Assembly: GCA_031281345.1 (NCBI GenBank)
Contig: JAITFN010000076.1
Location: forward strand, 5,725 to 69,724
Length of the DNA stretch: 64,000 nt
Reading direction: 5' to 3'
DNA from: Candidatus Fibrimonadaceae bacterium
GTDB taxonomy: Bacteria > Fibrobacterota > Fibrobacteria > Fibrobacterales > Fibrobacteraceae
This document shows, piece by piece, positions 14,636 to 23,582 of the stretch. The notes under the pieces are model-generated. The model searched no databases. It worked only from the letters and a program-made list of their open reading frames with translations, and was not told where the DNA came from. The first letter of the stretch is position 1, and each line of letters opens with the position of its first letter. Both the position numbers and the translations under genes were made by a program.

Positions 14636-17073
14636 GGGCTACCTAGCAAATACGGATAGCCATTGTTTATTGTGTCGTTTATAGCCCAAGTACTTTCAAA
14701 ATCCCAATCGGAAAAAGTTGCCTTTTGTTTCATCTCCGCTGTGATTTTGCCCATACCCGTATAGCCGTCTGGCACATTCGTCTTTATTATATCATAATAA
14801 TTTCTTAATCTCGAAGCAACCTGTTCACCCTGTTTGAATCCAACCAGCCCACCTGTGAAATCTTTAATTCCTATAACCTCGCTAGCAGAATAATTATGGT
14901 ATATAGAACTATTACCATCAAGAAATCCAACCAGCCCACCTGTGGAACCGCCGCTTCCCTTTACTATTCCAGCAGAGTAGCTATCGGCTATACTTTCGTT
15001 CTTACCGCTACCCACCAATCCACCTACATTAGATGCCCCCGTCACTAAGCTTATAGAATAGCTACGGTCAATATCATTTTTGAAAGTGGATCCTGCAATC
15101 CCTCCCACATTGTTAGATCCATTTATTATGCCCGCAGAATAGCTATTTCTTATATACGATACACTTTCTCCTGCAATCCCACCCACATCGTTAATTCCCA
15201 CTGCCATGCCAGTGAAATAACAGTTGTATATCTTGCCCAAATTAATCCCTGCAATTCCACCGACCTTATATTCTCCTTTAATGTAAGAAGCAACTACCCC
15301 AAGATTTTTTACCTCTCCTTTTATATCTATAGCACCAAACAAACCTTGTTCATTCTTTGAATTATTTACGTAAATTCCGCCTATGGTAAAACCATTTCCA
15401 TTAAAAGTTCCGTGGAATCTATTTTCTCTGGTTCCTATAGGTATCCATTTGTTTTTTGGTGGACTGCTCTCCCAGTTTTTCCAATTCGCCGTATCGTTGA
15501 GCATAATATTTGCACCGAGCACAACAGTTTTGTTCAGAAAATTATTACCATTACTTACCGCTCTTGCAAAATCTGCCAATTCTTTGGCAGTAGTTATTAC
15601 CATTGATTCCACGGGGCAAGTATTTTCTCTGAAAATTCTTGAATGGTCTAATTTCATAACATTTCTTATATGCTCGTAATTTTCTATATAATCGGAACCG
15701 AGCAAATACGGATAGCCATTGTTTATTTTGTCGTTTATAGCCCAAATTTTTTCAAAATTCCAGCCGGCAAAAGTTGCCTTTTTTTTCATCTCCGCTGAGG
15801 TTTTGCCCGCATATTTGCATTTGTCGCTTTGCTTGCTCGTTTGCTTATCGTAATAACTTCTGGCTATAACACTTTCATACGGAATTCCGTGAGATCCATA
15901 TATTTCTCTTTTGTTAAAACCAATCATACCGCCAACTCCGTTTTTTCCTCCGGTCACCAAGCCATTGGAATAGCTGTTGATAACCGAACCTGGCCCACCT
16001 ATATATCCAACAAGCCCTCCTGTGCGGTATATTCCTTTTACATTGCCAGAAGAATAACTATTGCTCACAATGCCATCTAAAATCATACCAACAAGCCCGC
16101 CAATGCTTCCTTCTCCTTTCACAGAAGCTGTGGAATAGCTGTTGATTATCGCTTCGGCATTGAAATACCCAACTAACCCGCCTATGTCAACTGCTCCAAT
16201 AACCGTGCCGCTTGAATAGCTGTTGACTATTACTCTGCTAGAATGTCGCCCCACAAGCCCGCCAACATCATAAACTCCCGTAACTATGCTGGAGGAATAG
16301 CAGTTGTTTATTGTGCCATCATTAACACCCACCAGCCCTCCTATATAGCCATCTCCTTTCACAGTACCTGCGGAATGGCTGTTGACTATCAAACCGTAGT
16401 TTAATCCCACAAGCCCACCAATATTTCCTCTTTCTCCTATTACCGTGCCTCTGAAGTAACTGTTGCTTATATTGCGGCCAGACCTTATAATAGAGTCACT
16501 CTTAATAGAGTTATTCTGATTCAGATCGCCATATACTCCTGCAAGCCCACCTATCCCATAAGTGCCCTTAATATAAGAAGCAACTATGCCGAGATTTTTT
16601 ACTTCTGCGTTGGGATCTAAATACCCAAAGAAGCCCTGGTCTTCGTTTTTGGAATTTATGTAAATACCGCTAATCACATAGCCACTGCCTTCAAAAATTC
16701 CGTTGAATCTTTTTTCTTTATTCCCTATTGGCACCCAACTATCAGCAGGCGGTTTTTTATCCCAATTTTTCCAATTCACCGTATCGTTGAGCATAATGTT
16801 TGCTTCTAGTTTAACTACTTGGTTCCTAAAATCATTCCCTTCGTTAACCAGCCGAGAAAAATTTTCTAAATGCTCTTTTGTGCTTATTATATATGGCTCT
16901 TTGACTAGCTCTTTTTGTTGCACAGCAATTCCTGCCTGCTGCGTGGCTATTTCTTGTTGTTGTTCGGCAATAACCTGTGCTTGTTCTGTGGCTGGAATTT
17001 TATTAGCTTTGTAGCACCCTATTAACAATGCCAGCAAGGTTAGCGAAATAACGATTTGGTTTATGGGTTTCAT
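14626..17073 (-). CDS. GLUG-motif protein with two complete head-to-tail modules
   Basis: 815 aa with lipobox-like LLIGC. The module (N-domain LVNEGNDFRNQVVKLEANIMLND, then GLUG repeats, then KTSAEMKKKATFAGWNFEKIWAINDKINNGYPYLLG) is followed by a second full module (AVSNGNNFLNKTVVLGANIMLND ... ITAEMKQKATFSDWDFESTWAINDTINNGYPYLLG). Confidence 0.85.
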   Translation of the reverse strand: MKPINQIVISLTLLALLIGCYKANKIPATEQAQVIAEQQQEIATQQAGIAVQQKELVKEPYIISTKEHLENFSRLVNEGNDFRNQVVKLEANIMLNDTVNWKNWDKKPPADSWVPIGNKEKRFNGIFEGSGYVISGIYINSKNEDQGFFGYLDPNAEVKNLGIVASYIKGTYGIGGLAGVYGDLNQNNSIKSDSIIRSGRNISNSYFRGTVIGERGNIGGLVGLNYGLIVNSHSAGTVKGDGYIGGLVGVNDGTINNCYSSSIVTGVYDVGGLVGRHSSRVIVNSYSSGTVIGAVDIGGLVGYFNAEAIINSYSTASVKGEGSIGGLVGMILDGIVSNSYSSGNVKGIYRTGGLVGYIGGPGSVINSYSNGLVTGGKNGVGGMIGFNKREIYGSHGIPYESVIARSYYDKQTSKQSDKCKYAGKTSAEMKKKATFAGWNFEKIWAINDKINNGYPYLLGSDYIENYEHIRNVMKLDHSRIFRENTCPVESMVITTAKELADFARAVSNGNNFLNKTVVLGANIMLNDTANWKNWESSPPKNKWIPIGTRENRFHGTFNGNGFTIGGIYVNNSKNEQGLFGAIDIKGEVKNLGVVASYIKGEYKVGGIAGINLGKIYNCYFTGMAVGINDVGGIAGESVSYIRNSYSAGIINGSNNVGGIAGSTFKNDIDRSYSISLVTGASNVGGLVGSGKNESIADSYSAGIVKGSGGSTGGLVGFLDGNSSIYHNYSASEVIGIKDFTGGLVGFKQGEQVASRLRNYYDIIKTNVPDGYTGMGKITAEMKQKATFSDWDFESTWAINDTINNGYPYLLGSPQF

Positions 17074-17075
17074 AA

Positions 17076-17462
17076 CTAATCTAAATCCTCCAACTCATCT
17101 GAAGGATTTGTATTGCTACTGGTAGAGCAACCACTTTTTTGTCCGGGACAAGGCAGAGGATCATTAATACACGCAAACTTAGAGCTAATAAGCGCACAAT
17201 AGAGTATATGTCCATAAGGTCTAGATATCCCTTCTTGAAATTCTTTCCAATGTTTATCTTTATCATCGTCTTCCCAATAATATCTACTATCGGCGTTAAG
17301 AACCTGCCACAAGATATTCTCACAATCCGTACCTTTAATAAACTCTGCCGTGAATTTGCCACAACAACATTTAGTATGATTTTTAGCAAATACTTGCATT
17401 GGGCTTTGCCCATATACAGCAAATGTTAGGAATAATAAAAATAGAGGGATTTTAGAATACAT
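17076..17462 (-). CDS. Small cysteine-rich secreted protein
   Basis: 128 aa with signal peptide MYSKIPLFLLFLTFAVYGQ and 10 Cys in the mature part (CCCG, C-N, C-L, C-ND, LPCPG, GC). Lies 2 nt upstream of the 14626-17073 start, so probably the same operon. Confidence 0.6.
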   Translation of the reverse strand: MYSKIPLFLLFLTFAVYGQSPMQVFAKNHTKCCCGKFTAEFIKGTDCENILWQVLNADSRYYWEDDDKDKHWKEFQEGISRPYGHILYCALISSKFACINDPLPCPGQKSGCSTSSNTNPSDELEDLD

Positions 17463-17498
17463 AAAGAAAAATATAGAATTTTCCTATATTAAAAGAAA
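17463..17498. promoter_or_regulatory. 36-bp divergent spacer with TTCCTATATTA box
   Basis: aaagaaaaatatagaattttcctatattaaaagaaa lies between divergent ATGs. Homologous to 4413-4447 and 23549-23582. Confidence 0.35.
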
Positions 17499-18572
17499 AT
17501 GAACAAAATCGCAATAATTGCTACAATCACTCTATTAGCCTTGCTTTTGCTGATAGGGTGCGCTAATCGAAGCAATGCAACAAAAAATGCAGATTTACCC
17601 GTATCGGAGCAAGACAATGATATTTGGACTGCGTTTTATGGTGATAGTAATTTAATTAATTTAATTGGCTATAAAGACAAAAAGGGAAATATAAAAATCG
17701 AGCTAAAGTTTTTACGTACTTCTTCGGATGAGTTTGACAAGATTATTGCCGTTGAAGAATATGATGGAGAGAGGAAGAATTACTTTCTCACAAAGGAAGG
17801 GAGAGTATTTGGCATAGACAGCGTATATTTTTTCGATAACGTTATTCACCACCAATGTGAAGGTTTCTTTAATTTTATTGACCGCAAAACATACTTTATA
17901 GGAATGTTTGATAGGAATGGAAATGTAGTTATTCCTGCTGATTATAACTATTTGGATATTGTGAAAAACGGAATGTTATTGGCACTCAAAGGTGCAAAAA
18001 AAGAGTGTTTGGATGAATATTGTGAACATAATGAATTTGTTGGCGGAAAAGTAATGCTTATTGACACATTGAACAACGTTTTGATAGAAAATTTCAGTGA
18101 GCGGGACGACAGCGGTAAATATCTGGGAGATCTCGATTTTTTCTCAGTTGAAAAGAGCAAAGTGCCCCATTCAGATACAACTAGAGTATCTTATTTAGCG
18201 AAAGATGGGAGTTATTATTCATTTACTATCTTTGAAAGAGAATTTAAACAATGGTTGCTCAATGATTTGCTTGCAAACTTAACTCTCGAAAAACTTATAG
18301 ATGCCTCAAATGATACTATTAAGCAATTTATAACTGACAATTTTGAACTCTTGAAAAAAGAATTATCATTGATATTAAATTCAGACACCAAATATTCTAT
18401 TTTTGTTGAATATCCATTTAACCCTTGCGGTAATATTTCTCCCAACATAAAACTACGGATTTCTCATAAAGATAGCGGAGAACAGAATTACTTTGAATTT
18501 TCACGAATCAATAGCAGGTACAAATTAACTGATGTAGGAATCAGAACTGCTCCTTATCTGAAGTTAGAATGA
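17499..18572 (+). CDS. Lipoprotein, WG-repeat-like (paralog family F)
   Basis: 357 aa starting MNKIAIIATITLLALLLLIGC. Collinear with 13093-14049 and near-identical over GMFDRNGNVVIPADYNYL and FFSVEKSKVPHSDTTR-SYLAKDGSYYSFT. Confidence 0.6.
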   Translation: MNKIAIIATITLLALLLLIGCANRSNATKNADLPVSEQDNDIWTAFYGDSNLINLIGYKDKKGNIKIELKFLRTSSDEFDKIIAVEEYDGERKNYFLTKEGRVFGIDSVYFFDNVIHHQCEGFFNFIDRKTYFIGMFDRNGNVVIPADYNYLDIVKNGMLLALKGAKKECLDEYCEHNEFVGGKVMLIDTLNNVLIENFSERDDSGKYLGDLDFFSVEKSKVPHSDTTRVSYLAKDGSYYSFTIFEREFKQWLLNDLLANLTLEKLIDASNDTIKQFITDNFELLKKELSLILNSDTKYSIFVEYPFNPCGNISPNIKLRISHKDSGEQNYFEFSRINSRYKLTDVGIRTAPYLKLE

Positions 18573-18593
18573 AGAAAATTCTATATTACAATA

Positions 18594-19133
18594 ATGAATA
18601 TTGTTAAGGCTATACTATTTTTTTTATTGGTTTCCCATAAATTATATGCGGCAGGCAAAGATTCTGTTTTTGTGTCAGTGAAAGAAACAGATTCTTCGTA
18701 TATATATACTTTGTATCATCGAACAAATAATTCTTTGAAAAAAATATACGAAATCAATGCGGAAGATGAAAGTTCAATTGATTACGAATATCATTACAAA
18801 GATAGCGTTCTTGATTATGATTGTTTTTCTTTGTACAATAACGCTTGTGCTTGCAATCAATATATATTTTTTGATAGACGAACAAAAATTTTTTACATTA
18901 CAAAAAATTTCTTTGAAGGATTTCACATAGAAAAACAAAGTGTAAATTTTAAAGATAAAACGTTGATTTTATATAGTAATGAAAATGCAAAAAATATAAT
19001 CAATGTTTCTTCTTTAGGTGGAGACATTTTTCAAGATTATGCTTCTATTGGAAAGAGAGTGCTGGAAAAAATTTTTATATTTCCCATAGGACAAAAAAGG
19101 TCAGAAAGTATTTTCATTCATCAAAAAGAATAA
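18594..19133 (+). CDS. Secreted hypothetical protein
   Basis: 179 aa with signal peptide MNIVKAILFFLLVSHKLYA. TTCTATATT box lies 6 nt upstream of the ATG. No paralog in the window. Confidence 0.5.
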   Translation: MNIVKAILFFLLVSHKLYAAGKDSVFVSVKETDSSYIYTLYHRTNNSLKKIYEINAEDESSIDYEYHYKDSVLDYDCFSLYNNACACNQYIFFDRRTKIFYITKNFFEGFHIEKQSVNFKDKTLILYSNENAKNIINVSSLGGDIFQDYASIGKRVLEKIFIFPIGQKRSESIFIHQKE

Positions 19134-19157
19134 ATTTAAATTCTATATTAAAAGAAG

Positions 19158-19949
19158 ATGAACAAAACCGCAATAATCGCCGCAATTTTGCTTATACTGC
19201 CTTCGTTATGTTTTTCAACGATGGGTAGTCATTTTAAGGATTATGAACTAAGAGTATTTCCTAAAACAACATTTGAAATACAAGAAGCGACAAGTTCTTA
19301 TTCAAAAAAAGAAATTGAGGCTATTGTAGATAGTGGTATGTTAGGTTTAAGAAGCATTTACCTTAAACATTTGATGAATTTGAATTTTGAAGGCAATGTT
19401 TTACTTAAAGTCACAATCGCAAAAAGTGGCAAGGTTATTGATGTTGATATAATGAGTAGTTCAACAGAAAATACCAAATTTGATGAAGCGGTTAAGAATA
19501 AAGTAGCTGCTTGGAAATGGAATGTTAAAAATGATAGTGCCACAGTGACAATTCTCTATAAATTCGCAACCATTCCTCCAACAAATAAAGCAGGAACAAG
19601 AGCGTTTCTTATAAATGGAGTACGACCGTTCAATGATATTTTCTCAAATTTAAATCGTCACTCATCAGGATTAGCAAAAATTCAAAATAAGTATTTAAAG
19701 CTAAAACCTGATTTAGATGATAGGATTATTGTTATATTCAAATTTGAAGTTGCCAAAAGTGGTTACGTGACTGATGTTGATATAGTTGCCAGCACAGCAG
19801 AATATGCCGAATTTGAAGAAGCAATTAAGAGCTTCGTAGCCACTTGGAAATTTAAACCTATTGAAAATGGCAATACCACGGTTTCAATTTTTCTCACATT
19901 TTATAAGCCAGAGCCAAATTCTAGTTCGAGCGGTGGTCAAACAGAATGA
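19158..19949 (+). CDS. Secreted protein with two TonB C-terminal-like modules (paralog family D)
   Basis: 263 aa starting MNKTAIIAAILLILPSLCFS. Modules read EGNVLLKVTIAKSGKVIDVDIMSSSTENTKFDEAVKNKVAAWKW and IIVIFKFEVAKSGYVTDVDIVASTAEYAEFEEAIKSFVATWKFKP. The stop overlaps the next ATG (ATGA). Confidence 0.55.
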   Translation: MNKTAIIAAILLILPSLCFSTMGSHFKDYELRVFPKTTFEIQEATSSYSKKEIEAIVDSGMLGLRSIYLKHLMNLNFEGNVLLKVTIAKSGKVIDVDIMSSSTENTKFDEAVKNKVAAWKWNVKNDSATVTILYKFATIPPTNKAGTRAFLINGVRPFNDIFSNLNRHSSGLAKIQNKYLKLKPDLDDRIIVIFKFEVAKSGYVTDVDIVASTAEYAEFEEAIKSFVATWKFKPIENGNTTVSIFLTFYKPEPNSSSSGGQTE

Positions 19950-21562
19950 GCAAAATCGCAACATTCCTTCTCCTCTGCACATTGCTCTGCGTTGTTGCTT
20001 GCGAACCGAAATACGAACCGCAAATAGGCACATTCACCGACCAACGCGATAACAAAACCTACAAAACCGTAAAAATCGGCGAGCAGGTTTGGATGGCAGA
20101 GAATTTGAATTATGAGGCGGAAGGCAGCAGATGTTACAACGATAGTACAGCCTACTGCGATAAATACGGTAGGTTGTATGCCTGGGAAACTGCTATGAAG
20201 GCTTGTCCGGATGGTTGGCATTTGCCGAGCGATGCTGAGTGGAAAATATTGATTGCAACGGTTGGCAATGCAGAAACAGCTGGCAAGTCTCTTAAAGCGG
20301 TTAACGGGTGGAAAGAAAATGGCAACGGCAAGGATAAGTTCGGCTTTTCGGCTCTGCCTGGCGGCAGCGGTTCCGATGGCGGTTTCGACTCTGTTGGCTA
20401 CTACGGCTACTGGTGGAGTACTATTGAGTACTCTAGCTACTTCGCCTACTACCGAGATATGGTTTACTACTTCAATTACCACGATCAGAACTACCTATAT
20501 AGTGTCCGCTGCATACAAGACAAGCCTTTTAATATTTCTTTGCTCTTTCGCGATCCAGCAGGGATAAGAGTGTCTTTAGACACTATTAATGGCAATGTAA
20601 TTGAGACTTTACTGTATCCATATTCCATTGATATAGTTAACGATAGCATAATATTCACTGCTCGAAAATGGCGTGGGAATAAGGAATATAGGGGCAAGCT
20701 TACAGACGAGCAACAGTTGAAAATTAAAAATATGGTTTCTGCATTAAATCAGGAATATGAATTTCCCTCATTGGATGATGATGATGGACCGGGGTTAGGT
20801 CCTTGGGCTTGCATATTAGAAATTGATAATCAGGTTCGTTATATACGGGGAGGCTGTGAGGATAATCCTGAATTTACACATATTCGTTTTAAGGAAAAAA
20901 TGCCAGAAGAAATACGGGTTTTATTTAGGTATATTATAGATTTATCTCCCATTGTTCCAATGGGATTCCAAAACAGCCGAAAGAGAAAAGACTCTGGCAC
21001 AACCATCGCACATCAAAAAGACACATTCACCGACAAGCGAGACGGCAAAACATACAAAACCACAAAAATAGGCAAGCTGGTTTGGATGGCGGAGAATTTG
21101 AATTATGAGCTTGGCGGTTCTAAATGCTACGCGGAAGAACCTAAAAACTGCAAAAAATACGGGAGATTATATAATTGGAAAACGGCAAAGGAGGCTTGTC
21201 CAGAGGGTTGGCATTTGCCTAGCAAGGAAGAGTGGCAGAAATTAATTAAAGCGGTTGGCGATGAAAAAACAGCAGGCAAGTATCTTAAAGCTAAGAGTGG
21301 CTGGGATGATGTTTACGAAGGAAAGTTTGGCAACGGCGATGATAAGTATGGCTTTTCCGCCCTGCCGGGCGGCTTTGGCTCGTCTGATGATAATTTCTCC
21401 GTTTTCGCCGGTTATGGCAACAACGGCAGTTGGTGGACTGCCACAGAACACAAGGCTTCATACGCCTACTTACGAAACATTTACAACGACAGCGACTATG
21501 TGAACAGCAAATACAAAGATAAGACGTTCCTATTATCCGTGCGTTGTGTGCAGGACGATTAG
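19946..21562 (+). CDS. Fusion lipoprotein: FISUMP domain, family B N-domain, FISUMP domain
   Basis: 538 aa with lipobox MSKIATFLLLCTLLCVVAC. The first FISUMP domain ends YSVRCIQD and runs directly into KPFNISLLFRDPAGIRVSLDTINGNVIETLLYPYSIDIVNDSIIFT. That is the family B domain minus its own signal peptide and minus the PPKGEAK/ATGA junction. A second FISUMP domain follows. Confidence 0.85.
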   Translation: MSKIATFLLLCTLLCVVACEPKYEPQIGTFTDQRDNKTYKTVKIGEQVWMAENLNYEAEGSRCYNDSTAYCDKYGRLYAWETAMKACPDGWHLPSDAEWKILIATVGNAETAGKSLKAVNGWKENGNGKDKFGFSALPGGSGSDGGFDSVGYYGYWWSTIEYSSYFAYYRDMVYYFNYHDQNYLYSVRCIQDKPFNISLLFRDPAGIRVSLDTINGNVIETLLYPYSIDIVNDSIIFTARKWRGNKEYRGKLTDEQQLKIKNMVSALNQEYEFPSLDDDDGPGLGPWACILEIDNQVRYIRGGCEDNPEFTHIRFKEKMPEEIRVLFRYIIDLSPIVPMGFQNSRKRKDSGTTIAHQKDTFTDKRDGKTYKTTKIGKLVWMAENLNYELGGSKCYAEEPKNCKKYGRLYNWKTAKEACPEGWHLPSKEEWQKLIKAVGDEKTAGKYLKAKSGWDDVYEGKFGNGDDKYGFSALPGGFGSSDDNFSVFAGYGNNGSWWTATEHKASYAYLRNIYNDSDYVNSKYKDKTFLLSVRCVQDD

Positions 21563-21566
21563 CGAA

Positions 21567-22055
21567 ATGCTCACACCCAAACTCACCGCCGCCCTTGCTT
21601 GCACACTGCTCTGCACCGCCCTCTTTGCCCAGCAAAAAGCACCTTACGAAGCTACGTGGTTACTGATTCAAAAAGCAGGCAATAGCTATGTGGTATACAA
21701 TTATCCAAGTCTGTGGAACGATGGAAAAACAAAAAAACCTGTAACGATGAAGATACAAAGAAATCAAATGACTAGGATAACATATAGTGATGATATTAAT
21801 GTTATGACTCTTTCGTCTGATAAAATAGAGAAAAAAGATAATGACGTTTATTTTTTTCGAGTAGGAAATTGTTTTTCATTCAAATTAATAGATGAAAAAA
21901 AGCATATTGCCGAATGGACAAACTATTTTGGATGCAAAAATGCACTCTCTGGCAAATTATATATCGGCGAACTATATATTGACAGTTTGTACAATACTTT
22001 TCCTATTGTTGACTATGAATGGAAAGAAGAACCGATAGATAGCGAAGCGGATTAA
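21567..22055 (+). CDS. Secreted protein of unknown function, paralog family G
   Basis: ORF 21546-22055. The ATG at 21567 gives MLTPKLTAALACTLLCTALFAQQ. Paralog of 7407-7886. Confidence 0.7.
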   Translation: MLTPKLTAALACTLLCTALFAQQKAPYEATWLLIQKAGNSYVVYNYPSLWNDGKTKKPVTMKIQRNQMTRITYSDDINVMTLSSDKIEKKDNDVYFFRVGNCFSFKLIDEKKHIAEWTNYFGCKNALSGKLYIGELYIDSLYNTFPIVDYEWKEEPIDSEAD

Positions 22056-22059
22056 TGCT

Positions 22060-22095
22060 TCATATATGTTATTGTTGTCAATATGAGACAGATTT
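22060..22095 (+). pseudogene. Remnant (last ~32 nt plus flank) of the small membrane-protein gene
   Basis: tcatatatgttattgttgtcaatatgagacagatt matches 8165-8199, the end of 7870-8196. The rest of that gene is absent here. Confidence 0.5.
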
Positions 22096-22111
22096 TTCTA
22101 CCTTGCAATAA

Positions 22112-22477
22112 ATGAACAAAACCGCAACAATCGCCGCAATTATTCTGCTTATGCTGCCGCTCTTGTGTTACGGTAAGGACAACAAAATTAATTTAGAAAC
22201 TAGTGATTCTTCTTATAATGAACTGGTAAAGAAATTTAAAGCAAAAATGAAAGCAAAACCAGAGCCTTTGTTTTGGAAGGAAGATGCTGAACTTAAAGCA
22301 ATGTATGAAACTGTTGATGAGGCAGAAAGAAAAAAACTGGATGATGCATATAATAAAGCGGTATCTGAAATTGCCAGAGAAAGATATAAAGAAGAACTTG
22401 AAACAAAATATGAGAAAAAAGGCACCTACCGACACGCGAGACGGCAAAGAAAATTAAGGTATGACTATGTCAAATGA
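22112..22477 (+). CDS. Secreted charged/coiled-coil protein whose 3' end reads into an out-of-frame FISUMP 5' fragment
   Basis: 121 aa starting MNKTATIAAIILLMLPLLCYG, with a K/E-rich mature part. Nucleotides 22415-22451 (aaaaaaggcacctaccgacacgcgagacggcaaagaa) match the KGTFTDTRDGKE motif with a 2-nt deletion. Confidence 0.5.
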   Translation: MNKTATIAAIILLMLPLLCYGKDNKINLETSDSSYNELVKKFKAKMKAKPEPLFWKEDAELKAMYETVDEAERKKLDDAYNKAVSEIARERYKEELETKYEKKGTYRHARRQRKLRYDYVK

Positions 22478-23548
22478 CCTACTCTTTTGAATTAGAATCA
22501 AATCGTCAGTGGAGTCCACTTTCTCAATAATATTTTCCATAACTTTTTCAAATTTCTTCAAATTCGATAATTGTCCTGATTTGATGGGAAATTCATAACG
22601 TTCATCGTAAGCACTGCCTTTGCTGGAAGAATAAATATAGAACACTCCACCCACTTCACTAGGGGAATAACGACCTATCTGTCTTGGTACTCGTTCCCAT
22701 TTATCAAGACAACAAATAGATAAAGCCCTTATAAAATCCAGCCATTCTTCTATATTCAATCTAACTTCAACCAGGGAGTTTTGATTTTCGATAAACTTTG
22801 TTCGCGCACCGTATAGCGTTCTTGTTATTTCAAGTTCATATCCGTCTTTAAATTTTATCCTTTGAATTTTAAATTCAAAATCGCTCATAGGTTTCCCAAA
22901 TTTCTTTTTGTATTTCGTTTTCAATTCAGTTAGAAACTCAGATTTATCTCCTTTTTTTGTTTCCAGATAATGTTCTATGATTTCTAAACTAGTTTCATAA
23001 TCATTTTCAGATATATTTCCGAAGAACATTCCTGAATAATCATCCTCGCTTGACGAAATTTTTAACCAAGCCCGTTTATCCAATCTGATATTTAGATGTT
23101 CCTTGTAATCCATACGGGTTTCTTTTATAAATTTCCCTTTTTCAAAATGAAGAATGGAATAATATTCGTGTACATAACCATACAAGGGTTTACCCTCAGC
23201 TATGACTATTGAGTCTGTGAACAAGTCCAATTTGAATATTGAATCTTTTACATCAAAAGCAGATAGAAATTCTTTCAATAAGCTCTTAGAGCAGTTTCTA
23301 ACATCTTTTAATCTCAACTCATTACCAACTATTTCAAATTTTGCATAGTATCCTCCCGCTAATGCTGAACACCAATCATTTGTATCTCTCCATTCCTTTT
23401 TTGCTTTTTTTAGATAAGGATATAAAAGGTTACCCAATGGATATTGTTTGCCATTGTATATAAGATAACTTGGAATTTGCTCGGTTGCATAAGACTTAAT
23501 CTGTGCAAAAAACGCAAAGAGGATTATCACCAAGCAGAAGGAACGCAT
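22454..23548 (-). CDS. Secreted protein of unknown function, paralog family C
   Basis: 364 aa with signal peptide MRSFCLVIILFAFFAQIKSYA. Collinear with 1323-2423 and 3378-4412, but its C-terminal ~25 aa differ. Confidence 0.75.
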   Translation of the reverse strand: MRSFCLVIILFAFFAQIKSYATEQIPSYLIYNGKQYPLGNLLYPYLKKAKKEWRDTNDWCSALAGGYYAKFEIVGNELRLKDVRNCSKSLLKEFLSAFDVKDSIFKLDLFTDSIVIAEGKPLYGYVHEYYSILHFEKGKFIKETRMDYKEHLNIRLDKRAWLKISSSEDDYSGMFFGNISENDYETSLEIIEHYLETKKGDKSEFLTELKTKYKKKFGKPMSDFEFKIQRIKFKDGYELEITRTLYGARTKFIENQNSLVEVRLNIEEWLDFIRALSICCLDKWERVPRQIGRYSPSEVGGVFYIYSSSKGSAYDERYEFPIKSGQLSNLKKFEKVMENIIEKVDSTDDLILIQKSRSFDIVIP

Positions 23549-23582
23549 GGTAGAAATTTAGAAAATTCTATATTAAAAGAAA
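23549..23582. promoter_or_regulatory. 34-bp divergent spacer with TAGAAA / TTCTATATTA boxes
   Basis: ggtagaaatttagaaaattctatattaaaagaaa lies between divergent ATGs. Confidence 0.35.
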
